Notes: a model not told the origin generated them from the sequence alone. Shown: positions 25,801-39,978, numbered from the stretch's first letter. The stretch: DNA of 64,000 nt from Azolla caroliniana (GCA_043228905.1 JBHGNT010000002.1:17546001-17610000); one strand, 5' to 3'. Made by a program: numbers and translations.

Positions 25801-28198
25801 GCCTTTGAGCGATCAAAGCACATCTCGACCAAGTTCGAAGTTGGACAAAGGTAAGGCCAAAATGTTGGAGTATGAAGATGCTCATTTCGATGGAAACGAA
25901 TCGACTCATTCCCTCGATAGTGAGTTCGACGGCCTTGACATCCAGACAAATGGAGTGGAGAAAGCCATAGTATCCGCAAACGAGAAGCTCCGCCGATCCA
26001 CCTGTGAAAAGAACCCCGTAAGCCGATTCGACTACAACGATTATATGGCGTACCATTACGCTTTTATGATGAAGGTTGCAATAGTACGGGAGCCAAAAAC
26101 CTTTTCCGAAGTCGCAAAAGACCCATGATGGATCGAAGCAATGAACGAGGAGATGCGTGCACTACGCAAGAACGACACATGGGATCTCGTTCCCCACTCA
26201 CCGCACAGGAAGGCGATTAGATGTAGATGGATCTACAAGGTGAAGTATAATGCCGACGGCTTCGTCAACCGCTACAAAGCTCAACTCGTAGCGAAAGGAT
26301 ACGCACAAACACATGGTGTCGACTACGAAGAAACATTTGCCCCGGTGGCAAAGATGACGATTGTGCGGACCGTGATCGCACTTGCAGCGGCAAAAGGGTG
26401 GCACCTCCACGAAATGGATGTCAAGAATGCCTTTCTTCAAGGCGAATTAGACGAGGAGGTGTACATGGTACAACCACCCGGCTTCGAATCGCGCATTCAT
26501 CCAAAAGCCATGTGCCGACTCAAGAAGCCACTCTACGGCCTCAAGCAAGCACCGCGTGCTTGGCATTCGAAGACTATGCAATATCTTCATCAAATCGGAT
26601 TTCGAATGTCGAAATCCGACAACTCCCTCTACGTACGCCATGACTCTAGAAGCTTAATTGTCATCATCCTATACGTGGATGATCTGGTCATTGGAGGTGA
26701 AAGTCTAGTCGACATCAACAAGGTCAAGTCCCTCCTCTCCGGAAAATTCGAGATGACGGACATCAACAAGGTCAAGTTCCTTGGCATTGAAGTAATTCGG
26801 ATTCCGGCCGGCATTATGATCTCTCAACGGCACTACATTCTCAACTTGTTATACAAGTTCCGGATGACTGAATGCAAATTGGTCGCTACGCCTCTCGATC
26901 GAAACCTCAAACTAGATGCTGACTCCGCCATAGATGAGTTCGAGTTGACCCAATATCGTCAACTGATCGAGAGCCTCATCTAACTCACGATCACTCGACC
27001 CGACCTTAGCTATCCAGTCGGATTCCTCAGCCAATTCATGCAAAAACCATGTGACATTCACTTGGATTGCGCTAAGCGAGTATTAGGATACGTGAGCGGC
27101 ACAATGGATTACGACATTCTCTATGCATTGGTCACACCAATACGACTCGAAGGGTACACAAACGCGGACTGGGCAGGCTACAAAGCCGATCTAAGATCGA
27201 CCTCCGGATTTGCCTTCTCGCTCGGTAGCGGAGCAATATCTTGGTGTAGTAAGAAGCAGCCTACCGTCGACAGGGGCACAACCATAGCCGCATGTGAAGC
27301 CGTATGGCTCAAGAGGATTTTGAAGGATCTGGGCGTCCCCATCAAGGATCCAACTCCCATTTACTGCGACAATATGAGCAATATATATCTGGCTCGGAAC
27401 CCGGTGTTCCACGCGCGCACAAAACACATCGAAGTGCACTGTCACTTCATTCGAGAGCGCGTACAGGACGGAGATTTCGACCTTCAACACATCAACACGA
27501 ATCTTCAGATGGCCGACATCTTCCCCAAAGCCTTAGGAGCCAACAAGCTTCGGCAATTCATGTCAGGCCTTGGATTGATGATCCTTGACTTGCCAAGCTT
27601 GAGGGGGAGTACAAGCGAGAACCGGATACCATCCGAACTGGGTACGAGCCGAAGCGGACACCAGAGATCGTCCAAACCGGATACCAACCGAAGCGGAGAC
27701 CAATCAAAAGGAACCAACCCGAGTTGAGCTTGAGGGGGCGTGTTGAGAATCAAGCTCAAGATAGTGCAACGTGTGAACACACCTTTTGAGAATCCATGAT
27801 TACTCAAAGGTCAAGAGTCACACCACTACTCTCTACACATTAACTATGTGTCATAGAATCATATTCTATGACACATAACTAATGACTTACATATTCCCCA
27901 TGACTATGAGTCGTCACATTCCCCAAGAGAGAGAGTGGTTGTCGTAAAGTTAATGAAGAGAGAGGGTGACTCTATATAAAGCACCCTCCTCATACTTCAT
28001 ACTAAGTCGGTTGTGACTCCTTATTATGCTACATTTTATAATTCTTATTCTACTTGTGAAATATACACCTTCTTCTTGAGTATTTTATTTCTTTTGTCTA
28101 TCTATCTAGTGTTCTCTCATCTCTCCTCTAATTTCTCTCACACATACACATAACACACATTTCTTCCGCTACACAAGAATCATACCCGATTCTTTACA
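22877..28198 (+). mobile_element. Full-length but decayed Ty1/Copia element D (related to family A)
   Basis: 458-bp LTRs 22877-23334 and 27741-28198 with about 10 differences by eye; TSD CATGT/CATGC; PBS TGGTATCAGAGC 23335-23346; PPT 27731-27740. Confidence 0.97.
23519..27727 (+). pseudogene. gag-pol: Copia D gag-pol with stops and deletions
   Basis: EKLDHNNFASW, WFVDSGASNHM, HSDVWG, LYVDDL and HARTKHIEV motifs. Confidence 0.95.
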
Positions 28199-28487
28199 CA
28201 TGCACTCCATTTATTTCCTGCGGGTACATCAACACCAAGATATGTAAAGCTTCAAACAAATTATATATGTTCACCTCTATATGTGAGCATAGGGTAATGA
28301 TGAGGATGGATGGTTTGCACTACCACCATTTTTGTTTTCTCCACATTCACCATTAGTCCACTACTATGGCAAAATTCTTCTAATACCCCAAGTAAATTTT
28401 GTGTACTATCAACATCATATGAGAAGAGTACCACATCATCTGCATATAGAAGCAATAAGATAACATGTTGCATCAATTTGGGGGCAT

Positions 28488-29031
28488 GTTTTGGTCAAGG
28501 AGAATTCATACACTAGTATTTCAAAATTATCAAGTGTTAGAGTAGACGTGCCCGGTAGATTCTTTCTTCTCTACGTTCTACTTGTGCCTCCGACATCCTT
28601 AACTATCTCTAAAGAGTACTTCCCAATAAATGCATCTGGTGAAAAGTTATGATACTAATGAACCACAATGGACTGAACTTGATTGCCTTCTTCATCCTTA
28701 ATAATTTCGGTGATTTTTGCAATCCAAAAGGGATGGCCCAACTTAACACCCCCAAATAATGTTGCAACCAACATACTAACTTGTAGCTCATGGATTTTGC
28801 CTTGCCATATCGCCTCTAAAACATGCGTTATTCTTGGTCCCATGTAGATATCTCTTTGTCATGGAAGAACTAGATTATTCAATTCAGGATTCTCTAGTGA
28901 TTGTAAACGAGTCGTGCTCACCATTGATGGGCCACCAATATTGCATTTGAATTGTTTTTGAAGTGGCCAGTAACCGACAAAGAGGTTATCTAAAATCGTA
29001 TGCTAATGTTTAAAGAAGCTACCCCACCATT
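28488..29031 (-). pseudogene. Upstream piece of the split unclassified transposon-like gene
   Basis: ORF 28655..28843 GHPFWIAKITEI...SIVVH, then AFIGKYSLE...STLTLDNFEILVYEFSLTK, matching ORF 7172..7465. Confidence 0.75.
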
Positions 29032-29285
29032 TGTTGGGAAGTTGGTCCCTTCGGGTTGGATCTGGTTATGAATGAAGAGGACCCGGCGAGAATTGGAAGA
29101 GATCCGAAAACCGGATCGGATGGACCCGGTGAGAACCAAAAGAGAAGACATATTTGTAAATATGTTTTGAGTAAGCCTATTGAGGCTATATTTGTAAATA
29201 GCCCTAAGTTCATATGAGTATAAATATGACCTAGGGCAATCACAGAAGATAGAGTTGTCATATTATTGTATGTGCATAACTATTG

Positions 29286-29341
<56 letters not shown>

Positions 29342-32300
29342 CAGAGTGATACTATGCTATAACCGCCACTTGGTGAAGATACAGAGCTCGAGGTCATTGC
29401 CTCTGAGTCTCTGATTGTACCTTTCTTATATAGTGATAGTTTGGAGTCTGTGGGCTCCCGTGGTTTTTCCCTATTAGGGTTTTCCACGTAAACATCCTAT
29501 GTACTCTCTATTGTTCATGTGTGTACGTGTACTAATCTCCAACCCCATTTCTATGTTTGATTCTCATCAAAGTGATTCAAGACTCGGTTATGGCCGAGCA
29601 ATATTCCGCGTTATTTCCTACAAACTGGTATTAGAGCAACAACACAGGAAATGGAAGAATTGTTCGGCGGCATGTTCAAGCTCATCGGCTACAACTACTC
29701 AGTGTGGAAGTCAAAGATGAGGGATATGCTAGTGGTTAAAGATCTTTGGTAGCCGGTTTAGTTTGGGGACAAGAGACTAGATAAGATCGATGCCACAGTG
29801 TGGGAGGTGATGCACATGAAGACGACGGCATACATTCGGTGCTTCATCGACATGAGCTTGTACAACAATTTCAATGAAGAGGGCAAGGCTCATGAAATCT
29901 AGGAGAAGATCGACATCATGTTTCAGAACAAGAATGCTATTAATCAGGTTTCAATATTCCAGAAGCTAGTGAGGCTCCGGTACCAACACGACTCCAGTAT
30001 GGCGGATCAAATGAATGCCTTCCAGGGATTGATAAACCAGGCAACCTCGTTGGAAATACCTCTCGCCGATAAGGTACTCACATTACTCCTGCTTGGTTCC
30101 CTCCCGGATAGTTGGGAGAAGCTAGTTGTCACGTTGGGCAATGCCGGGCCGGAAGGAAAACAGTTGTCCCTAGCAGGGTAAAATCAAGCTTGCTTGATGA
30201 AGAAGCTCGCCGAAAGAACTGGGAGTCTGGAACCGATCTGAAGGCCTTGGTTACGGAAGATAACCAAAACCAGGGAAGAGGCCGGTATCGGAGTCTCCAA
30301 AACCAGGACAAACCGGGGACGAGGTCAAAGTCAAGGGGGAGGTCTACTTGCTTCTACCGTGGGAAGCCGGAGCATTTCCAGAAGAACTATTGGCATTTCC
30401 GGGAAGAGAAAGGAACCGATAGTGCCGATTCGAAGAACGGTTCGGACCGGAAAGGGTCGGATCGGAAGGGAATGTCAGCAATTGCGACAACTGAAGAAGA
30501 ACTGATGCTCATTATCGAGGAGAATGAGTTAAACCTTGTTGGCGATGAGACAACGTGGGTTGTTGATTCCGGAGCATCGTTCCATCTTACACCGAACCGG
30601 AGATGCTTCTCATCTTACACAGCTGGAGATCATGGTTGTGTCCGGATGGGGAATGAAGGTACATGCCGAATTGTCTACATAGGAGATGTGTTGTTGACAA
30701 CATCAACCGGATGGAGGTTGCTGTTGGAGGATGTCTGACACGTTCCGGAGGTTCGACTGAACCTGATATCAACCGGTTGGCTAGATGATGAAGGCTACAT
30801 GGGTAGCATACGGAAAGGAGTCATGAAATTCAGCAAAGGAAGCCTGATTGTGGCTCACGCTGGGAAGATCAACACGCTATATCTTATGCATGCCTGGATA
30901 TGCCAGGAAGAAGTGAGGTGTGGCACAAGAGACTGTGTCATATGAGCGAGAAGGGGATGAGAAGACTTGCCGAAGACAACCTCATTCCGGAGGTGAAAGA
31001 CGTGCATCTTGAGAAGTGCACCGATTGCTTGGCCGGCAAGCAAAACCAAACCTCTTTCTGTTCAAGACCACCGATGAGACGGAATGCACCACTAGAGCTG
31101 GTGCATATTGATGTGTGTCAAGTGGACATGAAGTCACATGCCAGATCGAAGTACTTTGTGACGTTCATAGACAACCACAGCCAGAAGTTGTGGGTCTCAC
31201 CATTGAAGACAAAGGATCAGGTGCTATCCGTCTTCAAGGAGCTCCACGTGAGAGTCGAAAGTGAAACTGGCCTGAAACTGAAGGCGGTTCAAGCGGACAA
31301 CGGAGGAGAATACCGGGGGTAGTTCGAGGAGTATTGACGGTCGAAGGGAATCCGGCTCGAATTTACCGTGCCGAAGAAGCTAGAACTAAATGGGCTAGCT
31401 GAAAGGATGAACCGGACCACAATGGAGAGAGTTTGGAGCATGCTTTCACATGCAAAGTTACCCAAGACGTTTTGGGCGGAGGTGCTGATGACAATGACTT
31501 ACGTGATAAACAGATCACCCTCATGTACCCTTGGATGGAGATACCCCACAGAGAGTATGGACCGGTAAGGACGTGTCTTACCGGCATCTGAAGGTGTTCG
31601 GGTGTCTCCCATATGTGCATGTTGCAAAGGACAAGAGAGCAAAGCTGGATCCGAAGTCCAGACCATGCATATTCCTTGGATACGGTGATGATAAGTTCGG
31701 TTACCGGGTGTGGGATCTGGTCGACAAGAAGGTGTTCCGGAGTTGGGACATAGTCTTCATGGAGGAGAGGACCATTGCTGACTAGGAGTCGGAGAAGAAG
31801 AACATGAACTATGGATCATCCAATGGAAACCGGTTTGAGGACACAAGAACCTACCCTGTTGAAAACCGGATGTTGGCCGACAATCGGATGAAACTCGACG
31901 AACCGGCCGGATATGAACAAGAAACCAAACCAACTGAAGAAGAAGAAGAAGAAGAAGGCACTGGAACCAGACAAGATCCCGAATCGGATTCAGATTCGGA
32001 ACAAACAGAGGAACTGGTAGTTAGAAACCAAGGAAGGAGATATCCTCTCCGAGAGAGAAGAGCCCCCGGGAGATTTCCGGATCCAGGGCACGTATTGCTG
32101 ACCGATGAGGGGGAGCCGGAAATCTTCGAAGAAGCAAAGAAAGACACCCACAACCGCAAGTTGTCGAGTGCCATGCAAGACGAGATGGATTCCCTGGATG
32201 AGAACCACACGTATGAAGTGACAAAGTTGCCGAAAGGAAAGAGGGCACTCAAGAACAATTGGGTGTACAAGCTAAAACCGGGAGATGCCGGAAACCCACC

Positions 32301-34004
32301 GAGATACAAAGCCCGGATCGTGGTGAAGGGGTTCCAACAGAAGAAAGGAGTGGATTTCTACGAGATCTTTGCCCTGGTAGTTAAGATGAATTCCATCCGG
32401 ATGGTGCAGAGCATAGCGGGAAGCTTGGACCTCGAGGTAGAGCAACAGAGCAACTAGACGTAAAGTCCACATTCCTCCATGGTGACCTCGAAGGGGAGAT
32501 CTACATGCAGCAGCCAGAAGGATTTGTGAAGAAAGGGAAGAAGCAAGTTCCCCGACAATGGTACCAAAAGTTTGACTCCTTCATCACCGACCAAGGGTAC
32601 CACCAGACGCAGGATGATCCCTCCATGTTTGTAAAGAAATTTGACGGAGGAGATTTCCTGATACTCCTCCTATATGTGGATGATATGTTGATCGTCTGAC
32701 GAGACCAAGGCAAGATTCAGATGTTGAAGAAGGCTCTAAACCGGACCCTCTCAATGAAAGACTTGGGTTCGACAAGACGGATATTGGGAATGCACATAAT
32801 CCGGGACCGGTCGCAGAAGTTGTTGTAATAGTCAAAGGAGAAGTACGAGGACAAAGACGGAGAACTGCAAGCTATCTGGAAAACAAAGCCCAAGGACAAA
32901 GGCGGAGAAGACGGATATGATGAAGATACCATATGCTGCCGTCGGAAGCTTAATGTACACGATGGTATGTACCCATCCGGATATCAGATATGCAGTCGGA
33001 GTGGTGAGCCGGTTCATGAGCAATCTCGAACGAGAGCATTGGAACGCGGTAAAGTGGGTACTCCGGTATTTGAAAGTCACCTCGAGTATGTGCCTCCGAT
33101 TTGGCTCCGGTAAACCCCTCTTGGAAGTCTTCACAGATTCGGATATGTCGGCTGATGCGGATACCAGCTGTCGACATCCAGATATGTCATGACTTATGCA
33201 GGGGGAGGTGTTTCGTGGTAGTCGAGGCTGCAAAAGATGGTTGCGTTGTCAACCACGGAGGCGGAGTACATGGCAGTTGTGGAAATCGGCAAGGAGATCC
33301 TCTGGATGAAGGACTTCATCGGAGAGCTAGGGATCCAACATGAAGAAATACTGGCTCTACTGCTTTAGTTAAAGTGCCATCCACCTTGCGAGGAACGCAA
33401 CCTACCATTCCCGAACTACCATTCCCAGACAAAACATATCCAGCGAAGGTACCACTGGATTTGAGAAAGAGTAGAAGATCAAGAGTTCGTGCTAATGAAG
33501 ATCCACACGGAGGAGAATGGTTCGGATATGCTAAGCAAGGTGTTGACAACCGACAAGCCAGATGTGTGCTGACAACGGATCGGGTTGACGAGACATCCCA
33601 TCCTGGAGTGAAGGACGAGATTGTTGGGAAGTCAGTCCCTTTGGATGGGATCCGGTTATGAATGAAGAGGACTCGGTGAGAACCGGAAGAAATCCGAAAC
33701 TGGATCGGATGGACCCGGTGAGAACCGAAAGAGAAGACATATTTGTAAATATGTTTTGAGTAAGCCTATTGAGGCTATATTTGTAAATAGCCTGAAGTTC
33801 ATATGAGTATAAATATGACCTAGGGCAATCATAGAAGATAGAGTTGTCACATTATTGTATGTGCGTAACTATTGTATATATAGAGAGAGAGATACAAAGT
33901 GATACTTTGTTGTAACCGCCGCTTGGCGAAGATACAGAGCTCAAGGTCGTTGCCTTCGAGTCTCTGATTGTACCTTTCTTATATAGTGATAGTTTGGAGT
34001 CTGT
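29032..34004 (+). mobile_element. Decayed Ty1/Copia element E (family of C and F), 3' LTR truncated
   Basis: 5' LTR 29032-29622, PBS 29626-29637, fragmented gag-pol ~29650-33610. The 3' LTR 33622-34004 stops abruptly and there is no TSD. Confidence 0.93.
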
Positions 34005-35031
34005 TTCATTTGCTAGAGCTTTTGCATACGAGTATTGCAAAACAACGAAGGAATCTCGTGACCATGAAATGTATAGGGTAGCTTGGGCAATTTATGGTGA
34101 GGCATCGGTAGAAAGATGTCGGAAGATGGGGAGCTTGCAACAAAAAATGGCAAGATTTTGGAGCATGGCAGTTGATGATGCAACTGTTGACTCCCAACAA
34201 ACCTGCAAGTATATGCCACACTGACACACAATGAAAGCCAATGTCGATGATACAGGTGAGACATTGATTAGCTATATGCTAAAAAGTATCCATGAAGCCT
34301 GTGAGACATTGGAGTTTTTTAAGACTGATTTAGAGAAAGCAACATTGGTTGCTGCGATGGAGAGCAAAGTCACTTTGGCAGTTACAACAATCAGAAATAA
34401 GATTCAGGTACCTATTGTTTTGCTAGTATGTAATATGTTATAAATAACTTGTACATGAAAATGTGATACTGAGCCATTATCTGGAATAGGTTGCTCAACA
34501 TGAACTTGAAATTGAAGGGTCGCTAGATCCCAAGTGGAAAATTCTTTCAGTGAACCTGGACCTTCTAGGTGTAAATATTGCTGCTGATTACAATTTGGAA
34601 AAGCTACAAGTAAGTTAATGATTCTTGTTTCTTGTTGTTGTATCTTCCTCATTAAGGAATAATTAATCGGTAAATTTCTCGGCTACGTTGAAGGAACAAT
34701 ACTCCCGTCAAGAACAGGTTGTTAGTTGCCTTGAAGCAACTACATTTTGCGGAGGGGATGGTAAGGAGCAGATAGGAATTGGACCTGAACATTCTTGCTC
34801 CCTTACCAAATGAAGGAGAACCAGGAAACGATATATTGACTGTTCAAGCACGTTGCATCGCTTGTGGATTACGTGTAGAGGACAAATCTACTACTTTGTT
34901 GGTTCACCTACAACCATGCCAACACACGTACCATATCGTTTGTTTTCAATATGCCTGTCGCATTGCTACATTCTGTTTGGGGAATTGTAGTACAACTCTC
35001 CCAGATGAGTTGAGAAAACACACATGTAAAA

Positions 35032-38000
35032 TGTTGGGAGATAGGTCCCTCCGGATGGGAGGGGAGAAGAACGGTGCTGATGAACAAACTCGGCCGAGGC
35101 CGAAACCGGATGAGGAGTACCCGGCTATATTTGTAAATAGCCGAAAAGTCATATTAGTATAAATATGACTTAGGGCAAACTTTTATAGTGTGGTTGTTAT
35201 TCTTGTTGGTGTAAGAAGAGAGAGAGAGAGAGAGAAAGAGGTCGTTGCCTCTGTTGTAACCGCTGCCTGTGGCGAAGATAGAAAGCTCGAGGTCATTGCC
35301 TCGGTGCTTTACTGTTGTATACTGTAACATAGTGATAGTTTGCAGCCTGTGGGCTGCCGTGGTTTTTCCCTAGTTTGGGTTTTCCACGTAAACATCCTGT
35401 GTGCTCTTCTCTTCACTGTGTCGTGCATTTATTTCCCGTTTTCTGTGTATGATTCTAAGCTCGGTTGTGGCCGAGCGTTGCGTATAGGGAGCGTTTCAGT
35501 TCCCGTCAAGTGGTATCAGAGCAAAACGACACAGAAAATGGACGATTCGTTGGGAGGCATGTTCAAGCTCACCGGCTCCAACTATTCGGTGTGGAAGTCG
35601 AAGATAAGGGACATGCTCGTGGTTAAAGACCTCTGGCTGCCGGTTCAGTTCGGGGACAAGAGACCGGACAAAATCGACGCCGCGATATGGGAGGTGATGC
35701 ACATGAAGACAACGGCGCACATACATTGCTTCATCGACATGAGCCTGTACAACAACTTCAACGAAGAGAGCAAGGCTCATGAGCTCTGGGAGAAGATCGA
35801 CATAATGTTTCAAAACAAAAATGTTGTTAATCAGGTTTCGGTATTCCGGAAGCTAGTAAGACTCCGGTACCAAGATGGCTCCAGCATGGCGGAGCACATG
35901 AATGCCTTCCAGGGGCTGATACACTAGGTAACATCATTGGAAGTACCTCTCGCCGATGAGGTACTAGCGCTACTCGTGCTCGGTTCCCTCCCGGATAGCT
36001 GGGAGACGTTGGTTGTGACTTTGGGCAACGCCGGGCCGGAAGGGAAACGGTTATCTCTAGCAAGAGTAAAGTCGAGCTTGCTAGATGAGGAGGCGCGTCG
36101 GAAAGATAAAGATACGAGCTCCGACTCCAAAGTGCTCCTTACCGAATCGGAACGCGGAAGACATAGAAACCGTAGTCCCCAGAACCGGGAAAAGTCGGGG
36201 ACACGGTCAAAGTCAAGGGGGAGGCCTACTTGCTTCTATTGTGGCAAGCCGGGACACTTCCAAAAGAATTGTCGGCATTTCCGAAAAGGAAACCGATGGT
36301 ACCGATTCGAAGCGAATACCGGACCAGAACGGTAAAGACCGGAGGGGACCGGACCGGAAGGGGACGACGACAATCGCGGCAAGTGAAGAAGAGTTGATGC
36401 TCATCACCGAGGAGGGTGAGATAAACCTTGCCGGCGACGAGATGACCTGGGTGGTCCACTCCGGAGCGTCGTTCCACTTTACCCCGGACTGGAAATGATT
36501 CTCATCCTACTCAACCGGTGATCACGGCTGTGTCCGGATGGGGAATGAAGGAACATGCCGAATTGTCGGCAAAGGAGACGTGTGGCTGACAACACCAACC
36601 GGATGCAAGTTGCTGCTGAAGGATGTCTGACATGTTCCGGAGGTTCGTCTGAACCTGATATCAGCCGGTCAGCTAGATGATGAAGGCTACACGGGTAGCA
36701 TCCAGAACGGTGTAATGAAGTTCAACAAAGGGAACCTGATTGTGGCTCGGGCCCGGAAGGTAAACACGTTGTACCTGATGAATGCTCGGTTATGTCCAGA
36801 GGATGTGAACGTGGCATCTGACACTGCCGGTGAGCTGTGGCACAAGAGGCTGTGTCACATGAGCGAGAAGGGGATGAAGAGGCTTGCAGACGACAACCTC
36901 ATTCTAGTGAAGAAGTGCATTTGGAGAAGTGCACTGATTGTCTGGCCGGTAAGCAAAACCGGACCTCCTTCCGACCAAGGCCACCGATGAGACGTAATGC
37001 ACCATTGGAGTTGCTGCATACGGATGTGTGTCAAGTAGACACGAAGTCACATGCTGGAGCGCAGTACTTCGTGACGTTCATAGATGACCACAGCCGGAAG
37101 CTGTGGGCCACACCGTTGAAGACGAAGGATCAGGTGCTATCCGTCTTCAAAGAGCTCCACGCGAGAGTGGAAAGAGAAACCGGCCGGAAGCTGAAGGCGG
37201 TTCGAGCAGATAACGGAGGAGAATACCGGGGGCAGTTCGAGGAGTACTGCCGCTCGAAGGGAATCCGGCTCGAATTTACCGTGCCGAAGACGCCGGAACT
37301 AAACGGACTGGCCGAGAGGATGAACCAGACCATAATGGAGAGGGTCCGGAGTATGCTAGCGCATGCAAAACTACCCAAGAAGTTTTGGGCTGAGGCATTG
37401 TTGACGACGACATATGTGATAAGTAGATCACCCTCAGTACCCTTGGACGGAGACACGCCATAGAGAGTATGGACCGGTAAGGAAGTATCCTACCGGCACC
37501 TGAAGGCGTTCGGGTGTCTCGCGTACGTGCATGTAGCTAAGGACCGGAGAGGAAAGTTAGATCCAAAGACCCGGCCATGCATACTCCTCGGTTACGGTGA
37601 CGATGAGTTTGGCTACCGAGTGTGGGACCTGGTCGACAAGAAGGTATTCCGGAGTTGAGATATTATCTTCATGGAGGACAAGACGCTCGCCGACTGGGAG
37701 TCGGAGAAGAAGATAATGAACTCCGAGTCTCCTCTCAGAGAGAGAAGGGCGCCCCGGAGATTTCCGAATGCAGAGCATGTTCTGCTGACCGATGAGAGGG
37801 AGCCGGAAAGCTTCGAAGAAGCGAAGGATGACACCCACAACCACAAATGGTTAAGTGCCATGTAGGATGAGATGGATTCCCTGCATGAGAACCATACGTA
37901 CGAATTGGTGGAATTGCTGAAAGGAAAGCGGGCACTCCGAAACAAGTGGGTGTACAAGTTGAAACTGGGAGACACCGGCAACCCCCTGAGATACAAAGCC

Positions 38001-39671
38001 AGGATCGTGGTGAAGGGGTTCCAGCAGAAAAAGGGCGTGGACTTGGACGAGATATTTGCCCCGGTAGTAAAGATGACCTCCATCCGGACGGTGCTGAGTA
38101 TAGCGGCAAGCATGGACCTCGAGGTAGAACAGTTGGACGTGAAGACGACATTCCTTCACGGCGACCTCGAAGAGGAGATCTACATGCAGCAACCGGAGGG
38201 ATTTGTGGAGAAAGGGAAGGAGCACCTGGTATGCCGGCTGAAGAAGAGCCTGAACGGACTAAAGCAGGCTCCCCGACAATGGTACCGGAAGTTCGATTCC
38301 TTCATGGCCGATCAAGGGTACCACAAGACGCAGGCCGATCACTGCGTGTTTGTGAAGAAGTTCGAATGAGGCGACTTCCTGATACTCCTTCTGTACGTGG
38401 ATGACATGTTGATCGTCGGACGGGACCAAGTCAAAATACGGATGCTGAAAAAGGCTCTCAAATGGACCTTCTCAATGAAAGACTTGGGTCCGGCAAGACA
38501 GATGTTGGGGATGCATATTATCCGGAACCGGTCACTGAAGCAATTATGGCTGTCACAGGAGAAGTACGTGACAAAGGTGCTTCACCGGTTCAACATGTCA
38601 AATGCGAAACCGGTCGGATCGACACTTCCGGCAAACTGCAGGTTATCCGGTAAGCAAAACCCGAAGACGAAAGCAAAGAAGGCGGATATGATGAAGATTC
38701 CATATGCCTCTACCGTCGGGAGCTTAATGTACGGAATGGTGTGTACCCGACTAGATATAGGATACACAGTCGGAGTGGTGAGCCGGTTCATGAGCAATAC
38801 CGGCAAGGAGCACTGGAACGTGGTCAAATGGATACTCCGGTATTTGAAGGGCACTTCAAATATGTGTCTCCGATTCGGCTCCGGAAAACCTCAACTTGAC
38901 GGCTTCACCGATTCAGACATGTCGGCTGATGTGGATACCAGCCGGTCTACATCCGGGTATGTAATGACATATGCACGGGGAGCTATTTCGTGGAAGTCGA
39001 GGCTGCAGAAGACGGTTGCATTGTCAACCACGGAGGTAGAGTACATGGCAGTTGTGGAAGCCGGCAAGGAAATATTATGGATGAAGGACTTCATCGGAGA
39101 GCTCGGTATCCGGCAAGATGAATACTGACTCTATTGCGATAGTCAAAGTGCCATCCATCTTGCTAAGAATGCGGCCTACCATTCCCGGACAAAGCATATC
39201 CAACGAAGATATCATTGGATCCGGGAAAGAGTAGATGACCAGGAGTTCGCACTGATGAAGATCCACACGGCCGAGAACGGGTCAGATATGCTGACCAAAG
39301 TGTTGATACCCGACAAGCTGGATGCATGCCAGAAGAGGATCAGATTAGTAAGACACCCCATGCTGGAGTGAAGGAGGAGTTTGTTGGGAGATAGGTCCCT
39401 CCGGATGGGAGGGGAGAAGAACAGTGCTGATGAACAAACTCGGCCGAGGCCGAAACCGGATGAGGAGTACACGACTATGGAGAGCCGGATGGTGCAGACC
39501 CGGTGAGAACCGGATGAGGAGTACCCGGCTACGGAGAGCCGGATGGTGCAGACCTAGTGAGAACCGGATGAGGAGTACCCGGCTATATTTGTAAATGGCC
39601 GAAAAGTCATATTAGTATAAATATGACTTAGGGCAAACTTTTATAGTGTGGTTGTTATTCTTGTTGGTGTA

Positions 39672-39712
<41 letters not shown>

Positions 39713-39978
39713 CGTTGCCTCTGTTGTAACCGCCGCCTATGGCGAAGATAGAAAGCTCGAGGTCGTTGCCTCGGTGCTTTACTGTTGTATATTGTAACAT
39801 AGTGATAGTTTCCAGCCTGTGGGCTGCCGTGGTTTTTCCCTAGTTTGGGTTTTCCACGTAAACATCCTGTGTGCTCTTCTCTTCACTGTGTCGTGCATTT
39901 ATTTCCCGTTTTCTGTGTATGATTCTAAGCTCGGTTGTGGCCGAGCGTTGCGTATAGGGAGCGTTTCAGTTCCCATCA
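35032..39978 (+). mobile_element. Full-length decayed Ty1/Copia element F
   Basis: LTRs 35032-35508 and 39382-39978; perfect TSD TAAAA; PBS 35511-35522; gag-pol ~35538-39370 highly similar to element C. Confidence 0.97.
39456..39585 (+). repeat. 54-bp tandem repeat in the 3' LTR of Copia F
   Basis: Two full units starting CCGGATGAGGAGTAC plus a partial third; the 5' LTR has only the partial unit. Confidence 0.9.

Larger units (their letters stand above)
21835..28482 (-). mobile_element. 5'-truncated non-LTR retrotransposon (RTE/RTEX-like LINE), split by Copia D
   Basis: RT LLLYADDVVL...GLMVNVEKTK (28261-28476); C-terminal RSHKLGIE...CKVC...EDECHLLFTC (21943-22569); (ATTCTA)n 3' tail at 21835-21853; TSD GGCAT (21830-21834, 28483-28487). 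Confidence 0.88.
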
